Notes: generated by a model not told the origin, from the letters alone. A stretch of 62,025 nucleotides of DNA, filler included, from 5 parts of 5 records of this genome joined end to end with filler, not necessarily neighbours in it, one strand, 5' to 3'; shown: positions 50,410-61,456, counted from the whole stretch's first letter. Numbers and translations: made by a program.

Positions 50410-50880
50410 CTACAGCTTTATATGACAATAACCATTTGGATTTTTCTTTAAATAATCCTGATGATATTCCTCAGCGGAAAAATAATTCGCCAGCTTCATT
50501 ACTTCCACTACGATTTGTTTATCATATTCCTTTTGCTTATCCTTAATGTATTCATCTATTACAGACTTATCCTCATAATCCACATAATAAATTCCAGTCC
50601 TGTACTGAGTACCTGCATCATTACCCTGTCTATTTAATATTGTTGGGTCAATCACAGCAAAATACTTGTCCAATATTCTCTTAAGCGGTATTACACTTTC
50701 ATCATATTTAATGTGTACAGTCTCAGCCGCATTGGTTGTACCTGTACACACCTGCTTATAACTAGGGTAGGGGATATTCGAATTTGCGTAGCCAACATCA
50801 GTATTAGTTACACCTTCAATTCTAGAAAAGTATTCTTCCACTCCCCAGAAACATCCGCCGGCTAAATATATTTCTTTCAT
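50410..50880 (-). CDS. msrA: peptide methionine sulfoxide reductase A
   Basis: [39 protein letters not shown]. Confidence 0.96.
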   Translation of the reverse strand: MKEIYLAGGCFWGVEEYFSRIEGVTNTDVGYANSNIPYPSYKQVCTGTTNAAETVHIKYDESVIPLKRILDKYFAVIDPTILNRQGNDAGTQYRTGIYYVDYEDKSVIDEYIKDKQKEYDKQIVVEVMKLANYFSAEEYHQDYLKKNPNGYCHIKL

Positions 50881-50930
50881 AGAAGTCTCCTGATTAATAA
50901 TTTGCTAAACAAATCTACACATATATTATA

Positions 50931-51359
50931 TCACTTTTTATTGTTTTTACCTCTAAATTTATTAAGTTTAGGTAGTGTTCTGTTATAATACTTATAATTT
51001 TTCGGAAATACATCGTCATACAATGCTTTATCAGCCTGCACTTTATCTTTTTCTTTCTTAGCTTTTCCCTCAATTTTAATAATACGCTTAATAAGGCCTT
51101 GAATAATGTCATTTTGCTCATTATTTATAGCTCTTAATTGCTCAAAATACGCTTCCAGATTATCCAGTGCAATCCCTAGCTTTTGAGGTTCAACGAAATT
51201 ATTTGATCTAACATTTCTCAGTATATTGCATATTTTATTGGTAAGTCTGTTCTGCCTTTTGTTAAGTAATTTTATCTCACTCTTTAGCTGCGGACTAATA
51301 TATTCTTTATCAAGCATCTTCTCAAAATCATCCATAAAATACCTCCATCCTATATACAA
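50931..51359 (-). CDS. hypothetical coiled-coil protein
   Basis: Helical, charged sequence; the real start is probably MDDFEK after GGAGG. Confidence 0.55.
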   Translation of the reverse strand: MYIGWRYFMDDFEKMLDKEYISPQLKSEIKLLNKRQNRLTNKICNILRNVRSNNFVEPQKLGIALDNLEAYFEQLRAINNEQNDIIQGLIKRIIKIEGKAKKEKDKVQADKALYDDVFPKNYKYYNRTLPKLNKFRGKNNKK

Positions 51360-51432
51360 GCAACAAAAAAACGTAGGCTATTAGCTTACGTCTATTTATT
51401 ATATTATATGAATTTTTAACGCTTTATATTCG

Positions 51433-51822
51433 CTATAGTAAAATTGTAACCTGTACCCTGTTACCTGTTTTATTGTAAACAATACTTTCTGAAAAAGCAT
51501 CCACTAATACCAAACCACGACCGCACTCACTATTTACATCTGTATAGCCATGCTGACTGCTAGCATCGAATCCAATACCCTTATCATCTACAGTTATTAC
51601 AAGAGAATTATCACTATTTAATTGTACAATAACCTCAATAGAATCAGAATTATTCCTGCTATGAGTAAATCCATTAATAACAAGCTCAGATATAACCAGC
51701 TTAACGTTATATTGGGTTTTTTCATCCATGCTTAGATTTTCTGCCAAGCTCTCAATAACATTATCAACAACTTCCCCTAAATTATCCAGAGACTGCAGAT
51801 TGTATGTTTTTCCTAGTATCAT
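51433..51822 (-). CDS. RsbW/SpoIIAB-like anti-sigma serine kinase (HATPase_c_2)
   Basis: SELVINGFTH, VDDKGIGFD, GRGLVLV..GN. Confidence 0.88.
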   Translation of the reverse strand: MILGKTYNLQSLDNLGEVVDNVIESLAENLSMDEKTQYNVKLVISELVINGFTHSRNNSDSIEVIVQLNSDNSLVITVDDKGIGFDASSQHGYTDVNSECGRGLVLVDAFSESIVYNKTGNRVQVTILL

Positions 51823-51863
51823 TGTACTTAATATCCTTAACTAATCTTAAATCCTATAATTAT

Positions 51864-52595
51864 CTACATTTTGTGTCTTAGTTTATCAAATATTTTTCTC
51901 TCAGCACGGGAAATATACATTTGAGACACATTCAGAGAATCTGCCACCTCACGCTGTGATTTTTTCATAAAAAATCGTTGAGTGATAATATATTTTTCCT
52001 TTTCTTCCAAGGATCTAAGTGCTCTAACTATAGCATCTCTCTTTTCTATCAATTCATACCCTTCATCTTCATTACCCACCAGATCAGCTAAAGTATATGT
52101 ATTTTCACCTGTATAAACAATGTCCAGAGACGTTGAGTTGGAGTTTTCCATTGTCTCCAGCATTTCAATAACATGTTCCTGCTCCATATCTACAGACTCT
52201 GATACCTCTTTAGCAGTCGGCAGTCTACCCAAATCAACAGAAAGCTGATTTATAGCAAGTTTTATCTTTGTAATATCAGCTAATGATCTCCTCGATATTT
52301 TTATACTGTTACCATATGAGCGAAAGTAGTTCTTTATCTCACCCACAATTGTAGGTGCTGCAAAACTCTGAAGCCGTACTCCTCTTGACAAGTCGAATCT
52401 CTCAATACACTTTAATAGAGCCATCCTCGCAACCTGAAGTATATCTTCATAATCTATCCCCCGACCAATATACTTCTTTGCTATCATTTGTGCAACATAC
52501 GAATATCGTTCGTAGATTTTATTGCGCAACTCAATGCTAGGCTTATTCGCATAAGCCTCCAGAAGCTGTTCATTTGTTATTGATTCATTTTGCAT
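51864..52595 (-). CDS. SigB/SigF/SigG-family RNA polymerase sigma factor
   Basis: YEDILQVA..IERFD..G..FAAPTIVGEIKNYFR; LGRLPT; SQREVADSLNVSQMYISR. Confidence 0.92.
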   Translation of the reverse strand: MQNESITNEQLLEAYANKPSIELRNKIYERYSYVAQMIAKKYIGRGIDYEDILQVARMALLKCIERFDLSRGVRLQSFAAPTIVGEIKNYFRSYGNSIKISRRSLADITKIKLAINQLSVDLGRLPTAKEVSESVDMEQEHVIEMLETMENSNSTSLDIVYTGENTYTLADLVGNEDEGYELIEKRDAIVRALRSLEEKEKYIITQRFFMKKSQREVADSLNVSQMYISRAERKIFDKLRHKM

Positions 52596-52597
52596 TC

Positions 52598-52972
52598 TTA
52601 TACTTGTAGTCCAGACTTTGTAAACTTAACGAAGTCTACTACATTATTTTCTTTATGTATTTCCAATTTATTTGTAATTGCTTCCAAAATATATTCGCTT
52701 AATTCGCTTACCTCAGCATCATCTTTCTTTTCGCACTCATTGATACCTCGGACTGTGCACTCAGATGTGTTATCATCTATAGTGTATTCAATTACTATAT
52801 CATTGTATTTACCTTCACCAATAAGCATTATGCATGATTCTGCAATAGCTGTCTTTAGGTCATCAACATCCCCAATAGTCATATTCAGTCTTGCACCAAC
52901 TGCTGACGATGCTAATCTTGCAGTTAATAAGTAACGTGCTTTTGCAGGAATAATTAACTTAATTGTATCCAT
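52598..52972 (-). CDS. degenerate RsbW-like anti-sigma factor
   Basis: IKLIIPAKARYLLTARL..DDLKTAIAESC resembles the RsbW N-terminus; ATP-binding motifs absent. Confidence 0.7.
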   Translation of the reverse strand: MDTIKLIIPAKARYLLTARLASSAVGARLNMTIGDVDDLKTAIAESCIMLIGEGKYNDIVIEYTIDDNTSECTVRGINECEKKDDAEVSELSEYILEAITNKLEIHKENNVVDFVKFTKSGLQV

Positions 52973-52973
52973 A

Positions 52974-53297
52974 TCAAACCTCGCTAACTATGTTAAACAC
53001 TGTTTCGAGACCTGTAATAGTAAAGATTTTTTGTATATGAGGTTTTAGACCTACAATTGTAACTACACCATTGTATACTTTAATATGTTTATTAACACTT
53101 ACCAAGACTCCCAATCCTGTTGAGTCAATGTAGTCCATAGATGTACAGTCAAGAGTAAAATTGCTTTTATGCTCACTAATACAATCCAGCATCAATTCTT
53201 TTAATTTTGGCACTGAATACAAATCCATGTCTGCATCAATAACGATGGTCCATAAATCCTGTGCACTGTCATATGATTTGTTCATATACGCCTCCAT
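52974..53297 (-). CDS. RsbV/SpoIIAA-like anti-anti-sigma factor (STAS)
   Basis: DYIDSTGLGVLV, KIFTITGL. Confidence 0.9.
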   Translation of the reverse strand: MEAYMNKSYDSAQDLWTIVIDADMDLYSVPKLKELMLDCISEHKSNFTLDCTSMDYIDSTGLGVLVSVNKHIKVYNGVVTIVGLKPHIQKIFTITGLETVFNIVSEV

Positions 53298-53478
53298 TGG
53301 ATATTTTCACTAATTCGAATATTTCAATATATTGTTATTTTACATCTTTGTATATAATTTTTCAATGATTATTCGAAGAAAATGACACTTTTTTTACCAA
53401 ATTCAAAAGATTAAATCAATTTTTAATATATTTTTTTAGGTTTTTTTAAAAAAGTTGTTTTAAAGAGACTAAAAATGA

Positions 53479-54099
53479 TTATTTTGTAAAGATAACTTTA
53501 TTATTAATAACTTCAATTTTACCCTTACACAAATGGGCAACAGCCTCAGTTATGGCTTCGTGTTCATACGGTAAAATTCTCTCTGCCAGAGATGCAGCAG
53601 TATCACTGTCTTTAACTTCAACCCACTTTTGAATGATAATTGGTCCGGTATCGTAGTTATTATCCACCAAATGAACTGTACATCCAGATACCTTTACTCC
53701 CTTATCAATAACTGCTTGATGTACTTTTTCCCCATAATAACCTTCTCCGCAGAACATAGGAATAAGGGATGGGTGAGTGTTTATTATCTTGTTTTTATAT
53801 TCTTCAACGACATTATCGCCGATTTTTTCCAGATAACCAGCTAATACAATAATATCAATACTGTTTTCTATCAACGCATTGTAGACTTCTTGCTGCATCT
53901 TTTTTATACCACCTGATACTATTCTATTTATGTATAATGATTTAATATTATGTTTTTTCGCTCTCTCTTTCGCAAAGGCATCTTTTCTGTTGTATATCAA
54001 GAGAGCTATCTCGCCGTCAATAGTACCATTCTCACATGCATCAATCAAGGCCTGAAAGTTAGTGCCTGAGCCGCTAGCTAATACTGCAATTTTTTTCAT
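53479..54099 (-). CDS. purN: phosphoribosylglycinamide formyltransferase
   Basis: [33 protein letters not shown]. Confidence 0.96.
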   Translation of the reverse strand: MKKIAVLASGSGTNFQALIDACENGTIDGEIALLIYNRKDAFAKERAKKHNIKSLYINRIVSGGIKKMQQEVYNALIENSIDIIVLAGYLEKIGDNVVEEYKNKIINTHPSLIPMFCGEGYYGEKVHQAVIDKGVKVSGCTVHLVDNNYDTGPIIIQKWVEVKDSDTAASLAERILPYEHEAITEAVAHLCKGKIEVINNKVIFTK

Positions 54100-55103
54100 C
54101 CCAATATTACTTCCTTGCTGCCGCTTACTATCTCTCCGATAATCTTTCCGCCGGATAATTCACATGCTTTGCCTGCATCATCCTTTTTTACACACATCAT
54201 CATGCCAATCCCCATATTAAATGTGTTGTATGCTGATATATCCTCAATTCCTGCCTTTTTTTGGATAATATCAAAAATAGGATTTCTATCTATTGCATTA
54301 AGTACTATTTTAGCATTCACTTTATCATTAAGCATCCTTGGTACATTCTCAATGAAACCACCGCCTGTAATATGTGCAATACCATTCACTTTAACTTCAT
54401 TAATAGTATTAAGAACGTTCTTTACATATATTTTTGTTGGTGTCAGAAGTGCTTCACCAAAAGTCATTCCTAGTTCCTCTGAATAAACTGACAAGCTATC
54501 CTTGTCATCACCTAACACTTTTCTTACCAAAGAAAAACCATTACTGTGTACGCCTGATGATGCTAATCCGATAATCACATCGCCTGCAGATACATCTTCA
54601 CCTGTGATAATCTGCTTTTTATCAACAATGCCTACAGAAAATCCTGCCAAATCATATTCACCTTCTGGGTAAAATCCTGGCATCTCTGCGGTCTCACCGC
54701 CTACTAATGCACAGCCTGACTGTACACATCCTTCACTAACCCCTTTTACTATCTGCTCTGCTATCTCAGGATACAGCTTTCCTGTTGCCAGATAATCCAA
54801 GAAGAACATAGGACTGGCACCCTGACATACAATATCATTTACACACATAGCAACGCAGTCAATGCCTACAGTATCATGCTTATCCATAGCAAATGCTATC
54901 TTCAGCTTTGTACCGACACCGTCAGTACCAGATATTAGTACTGGCTCACTATAACCTTTTGGCAGAGCATATGCACCACCGAATGAACCTAAACCAGTCA
55001 GTACATTTTCATTAAAAGTTCTTCCAACATGTTTTTTCATAAGGCTCACAGCCTCATAGCCGGCTTCAACATCTACGCCTGCTTGTTTATAATTAATTTG
55101 CAT
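54096..55103 (-). CDS. purM: AIR synthetase
   Basis: [49 protein letters not shown]. Confidence 0.97.
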   Translation of the reverse strand: MQINYKQAGVDVEAGYEAVSLMKKHVGRTFNENVLTGLGSFGGAYALPKGYSEPVLISGTDGVGTKLKIAFAMDKHDTVGIDCVAMCVNDIVCQGASPMFFLDYLATGKLYPEIAEQIVKGVSEGCVQSGCALVGGETAEMPGFYPEGEYDLAGFSVGIVDKKQIITGEDVSAGDVIIGLASSGVHSNGFSLVRKVLGDDKDSLSVYSEELGMTFGEALLTPTKIYVKNVLNTINEVKVNGIAHITGGGFIENVPRMLNDKVNAKIVLNAIDRNPIFDIIQKKAGIEDISAYNTFNMGIGMMMCVKKDDAGKACELSGGKIIGEIVSGSKEVILG

Positions 55104-55152
55104 TTTTACTCCTTGTATAATATTTACTTATTCGTTAACATTTCATGTTAAC

Positions 55153-55252
55153 NNNNNNNNNNNNNNNNNNNNNNNNNNNNNNNNNNNNNNNNNNNNTTAA
55201 TTAATTAANNNNNNNNNNNNNNNNNNNNNNNNNNNNNNNNNNNNNNNNNNNN
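55153..55252. other. artificial contig spacer
   Basis: N-run + TTAATTAATTAA + N-run. Confidence 0.98.
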
Positions 55253-55261
55253 TATCCTGCA

Positions 55262-55744
55262 TTAAGGCATCACCGCCAATCTAGAGTCAGTTTTTTCTGT
55301 AGTATCCATAGTTACGCCATTTTCCTTATATTTTTTTAGTAAGAAGTGTGTTGAAGTACTGTTAATACAATCCAGTGTTGATAATTTTTCCGATACAAAC
55401 ATCGCTACGTCCTTTAGAGAATCTCCCTCTACAACTATTAGAAAGTCAAATCCTCCGGACATTAAAAATAGTGACTTAACTTGAGGGAATTTATAGATTC
55501 TCTCTGCAATTGCATCAAATCCCATTTCTCTTTCGGGAGTTACCTTTACTTCAATAAATGACTGAACTTTATCTTTGTTCCATTTCTCTTCATTTATTAT
55601 AGTAGTATATTTTAATATAATATTATCCTCTTCCAGACTTTTTATCTTCTCAATTACTTCTTCCTCGGTAATACCGAGCATAATGGCTATATCTTTAGGA
55701 GTCGCTCTCGCATCTTCTTTTAAAATTTCTAATACTTTTTCCAT
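55262..55744 (-). CDS. Lrp/AsnC family regulator
   Basis: N-terminal HTH; IEVKVTPER..GFDAIAERIY.FPQV.S..LMSGGFD; THFLLKKYK. Confidence 0.9.
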   Translation of the reverse strand: MEKVLEILKEDARATPKDIAIMLGITEEEVIEKIKSLEEDNIILKYTTIINEEKWNKDKVQSFIEVKVTPEREMGFDAIAERIYKFPQVKSLFLMSGGFDFLIVVEGDSLKDVAMFVSEKLSTLDCINSTSTHFLLKKYKENGVTMDTTEKTDSRLAVMP

Positions 55745-56178
55745 AAATAGTACCTCCTAATATTAATTGTTTATTATTAAAGTTTTAAAAATCATCAGTG
55801 TTTCTTTGATTATTTTTAAAATCTTTCTACATGATGTTTTCAATTCATAGCATTTTGAGATAAATTTTTATATATGAAATTTATTCTTTTTTAATGATTA
55901 TTAAATTAAGAATAAATGAACAAAAATAAATTTATTACTAATATTAATTGTTTATTAGCGCAGTTTTCTGAATATTCCATATATTATATAGTCAAAAATA
56001 TCGCTTGTCAATAAAACAAATTTTGAAGCTTTCTATATTTTGTGTAAAAAGGGCTTCGCCGTCAAAACAAAATCAAAATAGGCGAAACCTTTAAAATATT
56101 CAAGTTTATACTCTCCCAATGTGTAAAAAAACTCACGAAATTTTGAATATTAAATTCCAGTATAGTTCAGATTTTTAC

Positions 56179-58407
56179 TTAATAATTGTTTTCCTGTGTT
56201 ATATTTTCACTAATAACAGTAGAATTTTCCAGAGCTCTGATATAACCTTTTTTGTCAGCTGAGTAATTATTAAAAAAATATGTATCAGTTATTTTCAGCT
56301 CTAAATCAGAAATCAAAACTAACGCAGCACCTGTTTTAGACTCACTATCACTTATTATAGAATCATAAAGAATATGCTCATTATTAATTCCGTTATTTAC
56401 ATAATCTGCCAAATAAACTGAACCTCCATAGTTTTTACTTTTATTGTATCTAAAATCAACATTTGTAAATTTGATCCTTGAGCCATTATCACTATAAAAT
56501 GCTCCTCCGTTAAATTTAGCTCTATTTTGCTCAAATATGGAATCCTTTAATTCTGTATCTCCATCTACTCTGCTAACAAGAGCCCCACCATATTTTGCAG
56601 AATTCAATTTAAATTTTACATTATCAAGTTCTAGTTTTCCTTCACCAAATACATAGACTGCTCCGCCGTAATCAGCATGACTATATTCGAATACAGAATT
56701 TTTTATTATTACTTCATCTCCGTATTTAGTTGAGCTATATAAAGCTCCTCCTTTAGTTATATTCTCAGGCGAATCAGCATTCCCCCAACCTATAACCAAA
56801 CCATCTAAATAAACATCTCCGTTACTTGTCAGAGTATGATAGACATTGTCTGTAATTAGTTTTCTATCACCTATGTTTCCACTTAAAATTGTTTTATGCC
56901 ATAAATAGCTACGCTGAGTTAATTTCTTTTCCGTTCCTCTAAATCCTCCGAAAATTTTGAGCCCGTCATATATTATAAATGAATTCGTTCTTTTATCACC
57001 TTTAGGTCTATAAATACCTTCTTGTATCCAAATGTTTTTTATTCTTGATTGATATGCATAATCCAGTGCCTTTTGTAAATCCCGAAAAGCTGTTTCCCAG
57101 TTTTTCCCATCCCATTCACCTTCTAAATTATCATTTACTACATGGATTATTTTTTGATTTAAAGTTTTGGATTTTTTTATATCGGGTTTTACAAATAATA
57201 ACTCTGTAAGCTTTTTTGATTTTCTCTTCAAATCATCAAATTGATAATCATAAATATTCAAATCAAAATCATTATAAATATTACTTTGATTTTCTATAAA
57301 TCCTCTTTTAAATAATTTTTTATTTAAAGAATTCTTTATATGATCTTCGCTAATTAAATTTTCATCCCATGAGAAAATCTGAATATCACTAAATTTAGCG
57401 CTATTTTTTTTAATTTCACTACCATTTAATTCAATGTAATTATTATTAGTTTTTTCTTGATAAATAGCAGCTCCTGTTAATTTTGCACTATTCTCAATTA
57501 ATGAACTCGAATTAAGCATTGTAGCTGATTTTTCATTTGTTGCAATAGCACCGCCTAGTTCAGCTGAATTTTCTTCAAATAAAGTATTCTCTAAAATCTG
57601 GTATGAGTATTCTCCATTATAAATTGCTCCGGCTTTATTAGCAGATCTATTTTTTAAGAATTTCGAATTTAAAATTAATAATTTATTTATAAATGAGTTT
57701 GTTATTGCTCCACCTTTTATTTGGGAGAAGTTATTTTTAAAAATTGCATTATTATATATTATAGGACTTTCTTTAGAATATAAAGAATTGTATGCAGCTC
57801 CTCCGTATAAAGCATGATTATTTCTAAAAATTACATTTTTTATAGTCATTGATACATTGTTATTGAAAATCCCACCACCGTAATAATTCAGATTAATATC
57901 TTTAATCACTGAGTCCGTTTCAGGTAATGCATATCCGTTTTCAACTATAAAGCCATCAAGAAGAGCATCATCGTTTCCTATAACTACATGATAGGAGTTA
58001 TCACTCATTTCATCTTTAAGGCCTATATCTCCGGATAAGATCGTCTTATTATTATTAATATCCCTTTGTTCCAGTTTCGTTTCCCAGCCTTTAAAACCTC
58101 CATACAATTTTGTATTTTTCTTAATCTCGAAGCTGCTATTTCTAGCTAAACTCTCTAAAGGAAAATATAATCCTTCAGCGACCCAAATCTCCTCTGTTTC
58201 ATTGGAAAATGCAATCGCATCAACAAGGCTCGTAAAAGCATTTTGCCAATTTTTACCTGTATTTTCTCCTTGAGCTTTTGAATTAACAAAAATGATATTA
58301 TTTTTATTTTCGTAAATTTCAATTTTTTCTTTTTTATTTTGAGCACAACTTTGAAATAAAATATTAACCAAAAGTATAAAAATCAAATATTTTTTCATAA
58401 TCTTCAC
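56179..58407 (-). CDS. beta-helix / polymorphic-membrane-protein-repeat lipoprotein, internally duplicated
   Basis: Lipobox FQSC; repeated F..N.A..GGA(I/V/L); two copies of GKNW..AF..L..A..IW..EG.Y.P..GGF.G.E..L.QR..TILSG.IG..DN.YH. Start may be ATG 58398. Confidence 0.8.
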   Translation of the reverse strand: MKIMKKYLIFILLVNILFQSCAQNKKEKIEIYENKNNIIFVNSKAQGENTGKNWQNAFTSLVDAIAFSNETEEIWVAEGLYFPLESLARNSSFEIKKNTKLYGGFKGWETKLEQRDINNNKTILSGDIGLKDEMSDNSYHVVIGNDDALLDGFIVENGYALPETDSVIKDINLNYYGGGIFNNNVSMTIKNVIFRNNHALYGGAAYNSLYSKESPIIYNNAIFKNNFSQIKGGAITNSFINKLLILNSKFLKNRSANKAGAIYNGEYSYQILENTLFEENSAELGGAIATNEKSATMLNSSSLIENSAKLTGAAIYQEKTNNNYIELNGSEIKKNSAKFSDIQIFSWDENLISEDHIKNSLNKKLFKRGFIENQSNIYNDFDLNIYDYQFDDLKRKSKKLTELLFVKPDIKKSKTLNQKIIHVVNDNLEGEWDGKNWETAFRDLQKALDYAYQSRIKNIWIQEGIYRPKGDKRTNSFIIYDGLKIFGGFRGTEKKLTQRSYLWHKTILSGNIGDRKLITDNVYHTLTSNGDVYLDGLVIGWGNADSPENITKGGALYSSTKYGDEVIIKNSVFEYSHADYGGAVYVFGEGKLELDNVKFKLNSAKYGGALVSRVDGDTELKDSIFEQNRAKFNGGAFYSDNGSRIKFTNVDFRYNKSKNYGGSVYLADYVNNGINNEHILYDSIISDSESKTGAALVLISDLELKITDTYFFNNYSADKKGYIRALENSTVISENITQENNY

Positions 58408-58512
58408 CTGTATTTTTTCTTTATATTTTACCTAATCCTCAGCTGGATAGCAAATATTTCTTGCATTAAGAATTCTTTAACTATAAAATAGAATATAAGA
58501 CTTATTCAAAGG

Positions 58513-58911
58513 GTGATTAAAATGAATAATAAAAACAATAAAGATATAAACTCTTGTGAATGCCATATAATTCATCAAGATGTTGTTGAAAAAGTAAAGA
58601 AAAAAATGCAATCTGAAAACCTTATTACTGATCTGGCAAGTTTTTTCAAAGTATTTTCTGATAAAACAAGATTAAAAATCATCACTATGCTTTTGGAAGC
58701 AGAAATGTGTGTATGTGATATCTCCCATTTACTGGGAATGAGCCAGTCAGCTACTTCGCATCAGCTGAGAGTACTTAGACAATATAAAATTGTTAAAAAT
58801 AGAAAAGAGGGTAAAACAGTATATTATTCACTTGATGATGAACACATTGATAATATTTTAAAGCAAGGAATTGAGCACCACATCCACAAAGCAAACGAAA
58901 ACTTATACTAA
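58513..58911 (+). CDS. ArsR/SmtB (CadC-like) metal-responsive repressor
   Basis: CECHIIH, FKVFSDKTRLKI, EMCVCDI, QSATSHQLRVL, YSLDDEHI..EH. Confidence 0.92.
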   Translation: MIKMNNKNNKDINSCECHIIHQDVVEKVKKKMQSENLITDLASFFKVFSDKTRLKIITMLLEAEMCVCDISHLLGMSQSATSHQLRVLRQYKIVKNRKEGKTVYYSLDDEHIDNILKQGIEHHIHKANENLY

Positions 58912-59074
58912 TTTTTTGTCATAACAGCATTCCAGATTCTCTCACCGCTAAAAGATACTTTTTCTAAATTTTATTTTTTTTTGAAATTTTTAAAGAGGAA
59001 ATTTAATTTTATTTCAAATACTATATTTGTAAATAAGTATAATACTTTGTTGTGATGAATTGAGGTGAACTGCT

Positions 59075-60166
59075 ATGACAGAGAAAGAAGAGGGAAAACT
59101 AATGGCACTTCAAGAAAAAAATGGTGAATTACAATTTCGCGTTGACGAACTTAGAAAGAATTTCCTCACTTTAAAAGTGGAAATGGATATCCAACAAGAA
59201 CATATGAAAAGAGTCATAGAACTAAATAAACTATTAGTTCCAAAATTAGATGTTGAAAACATTGCGAACTCTTTTTTTACCTACCTCAAGGAAGTCCTTG
59301 GGTATGACCAGTGTGGAATAATTGTTAAAAATGAAAAATATTTCTTTTTAAATGATATTCAAGAAGACAAACTTGAGCTGCAAAAAACATTGAAAGATGA
59401 AGAAACAAGTAAAGTAATTACTTTTTTGTATGATAAATTAAAATTAACTAAAAAACCTGTTATTTTAGAAAAAGAGAAAGTAAATGAAATAACTAATAAT
59501 AAAATTAACTCCTTAGTTGCTTTGCCTTTAATTAGCCACGACGAATTACTGGGATTAATTATACTGGAATCAACACAAGAAAATGTATATACGCAAAGTG
59601 AACTAAATTTAATAATTGAATTAACGGAATCTATGCCGGAAATAATAGAGAATGCGATCCATTTTTCTGAAATTAATCAAATAGCTATTAAAGATCCAAT
59701 TACCGGGCTTTACAATAGAGAATTTTTTGATACCAGAATGGAAGCTAAATATATTAATTTCAATCTACCATTTGCAATTATATTTTTAGATATTAATAAA
59801 CTAAAACGTATCAATTCACTATATGGAAATAATATCGGTGATCAGGCTCTAAGAGAGCTTGGTAAAATATTAAAACTTTTTTCGCACAAAAAATTTGTTG
59901 TTTCAAGATATGAGGGTGGAAAATTCTCCGTGCTTTTACCAAATTATTCTCTTGAAAATGGAAAAGAAGCCGCTATAAAAATTAAAAACTATTTAATTGA
60001 AAAAAATATATTAAAACTTGGTATGGAATATTCATTAGGAGTTGCTCATTATGAAGAGGACTCTGAGCTAAGTACAGAAAAAATTATCTCAAATGCTGAT
60101 ACTGCGCTTTATTCAGCAAAACTACTCGGTACAAATAAAGTTGTTGCATTCAAAACTCCTAAATAA
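59075..60166 (+). CDS. coiled-coil + GAF + degenerate GGDEF protein, paralog 1
   Basis: DPITGLYNR, FLDINKLKRINSLYG..GDQAL, active-site loop RYEGGKF, ADTALYSAK..G.N. Confidence 0.85.
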   Translation: MTEKEEGKLMALQEKNGELQFRVDELRKNFLTLKVEMDIQQEHMKRVIELNKLLVPKLDVENIANSFFTYLKEVLGYDQCGIIVKNEKYFFLNDIQEDKLELQKTLKDEETSKVITFLYDKLKLTKKPVILEKEKVNEITNNKINSLVALPLISHDELLGLIILESTQENVYTQSELNLIIELTESMPEIIENAIHFSEINQIAIKDPITGLYNREFFDTRMEAKYINFNLPFAIIFLDINKLKRINSLYGNNIGDQALRELGKILKLFSHKKFVVSRYEGGKFSVLLPNYSLENGKEAAIKIKNYLIEKNILKLGMEYSLGVAHYEEDSELSTEKIISNADTALYSAKLLGTNKVVAFKTPK

Positions 60167-60182
60167 TTTAGGAGTTTTTTTA
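60152..60182 (+). terminator. intrinsic terminator overlapping the stop codon
   Basis: AAAACTCCTAAA-taa-TTTAGGAGTTTT followed by more T. Confidence 0.7.
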
Positions 60183-60282
60183 TTGTTTTAGTCAATTGTG
60201 TATTGTCATATCTTGATTTTCATGATACATTTAATTTAAGTCAAATTATAGTGAACTATAACATAAATTTTGTGAGGTAAGA

Positions 60283-61371
60283 TTGATGACAATTTCAAAT
60301 GAAGAGAAAATAGAAAATTTAGAAATAGAAAATAAAGAATTAAAAAGAAAAATGGATCAGCTTCGTAAAAACTTTTTGAACCTAAAAGTTGAGATGGAAA
60401 TCCAACAGGAACATGTTAAACGTGTATTTGAATTAAATAAACAATTAATAGAAAGCTTAGACATAGAGAGTATCGCTAATTCCTTTTTTACATATCTAAA
60501 AGATGTTTTGGGATATGATCGATGCGGTATTGTTTTAAAAGATTCAAATTTTTTCTTTTTAAATGATATTGAGCAAACAGAGCAAGAGCTCCATAATATT
60601 TCTCCGGATGAATCAACTAACAAATATATTAATGCTTTATATAGCAAACTGGAAAAAGTAATGAAACCAATCATTTTAACAAATGAAGAGTTAAAATTAG
60701 CTACAAATAATCAAATTAAATCATTAGTTGCTCTTCCATTAATCAAAAAAAACATATTGCTTGGATTAATCGTTTTAGAATCAAAACAAGAGAATATGTA
60801 TACACAGAGCGAACTGGAAATAATTCAGGAATTAACAGTTTCAATGCCTGAGATTATTCAAAATGCTTTAAATTTCTCAGAAATGAATCATGCAGCAACA
60901 GTTGACTCTCTTACAGGGCTCATTAATCGAGATCATTTTGAAACTGAAGTAAAAAAGAAATATGTTGAAAAAAACTGTGCTTTTTCTCTTATTTTTTTGG
61001 ATATTAATAATTTAAAAAGAATTAATTCTTTATATGGTAATCATACCGGAGATAAAGCTCTAGTTAAATTAGCAAAGGTTTTAAAATTATTCTCTCAAAA
61101 TAAGTATTTAGTTGCAAGTTATGGTGGTGGTAAATTCTCTATGCTTTTACCTAAATTTACTCTTAACAATGCTGAACAAGCAGCTAATAAAATAAAGAAC
61201 TATTTAGTAGAAAAAAACATCTTAAACCTTGAGCTGGAGTATTCATTTGGAATTGCACATTTTGAAGAAAACTCTGACTTGACTACTGAGAAAATTATCT
61301 CAAATGCTGATACTGCTCTTTCATCAGCAAAATTAATAGGAACTAATAAAGTAATACCGTTTAAGACATAA
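60283..61371 (+). CDS. coiled-coil + GAF + degenerate GGDEF protein, paralog 2
   Basis: DSLTGLINR, FLDINNLKRINSLYGNHTGD, active-site loop SYGGGKF; colinear with paralog 1. Confidence 0.85.
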   Translation: MMTISNEEKIENLEIENKELKRKMDQLRKNFLNLKVEMEIQQEHVKRVFELNKQLIESLDIESIANSFFTYLKDVLGYDRCGIVLKDSNFFFLNDIEQTEQELHNISPDESTNKYINALYSKLEKVMKPIILTNEELKLATNNQIKSLVALPLIKKNILLGLIVLESKQENMYTQSELEIIQELTVSMPEIIQNALNFSEMNHAATVDSLTGLINRDHFETEVKKKYVEKNCAFSLIFLDINNLKRINSLYGNHTGDKALVKLAKVLKLFSQNKYLVASYGGGKFSMLLPKFTLNNAEQAANKIKNYLVEKNILNLELEYSFGIAHFEENSDLTTEKIISNADTALSSAKLIGTNKVIPFKT

Positions 61372-61427
61372 AAAAATAAAATTCGTATTACTATTGTCAT
61401 ATAAATCAAATCGTGATATTATTTATT

Positions 61428-61456
61428 AAGCTTTGCATGCTATACATGCAAAGCTT
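61428..61456. terminator. perfect 12-bp stem hairpin
   Basis: AAGCTTTGCATG-ctata-CATGCAAAGCTT followed by a T-rich tract. Confidence 0.55.

Noticed and set aside
19513-55252. Repeated TTAATTAATTAA within N-runs (four copies)
   Set aside because: Artificial six-frame-stop linkers. They are not biological repeats, and genes on different contigs cannot be treated as neighbours.
58513-58911. Heavy-metal resistance operon
   Set aside because: Only the ArsR/SmtB regulator is present; no efflux ATPase or transporter gene is adjacent.
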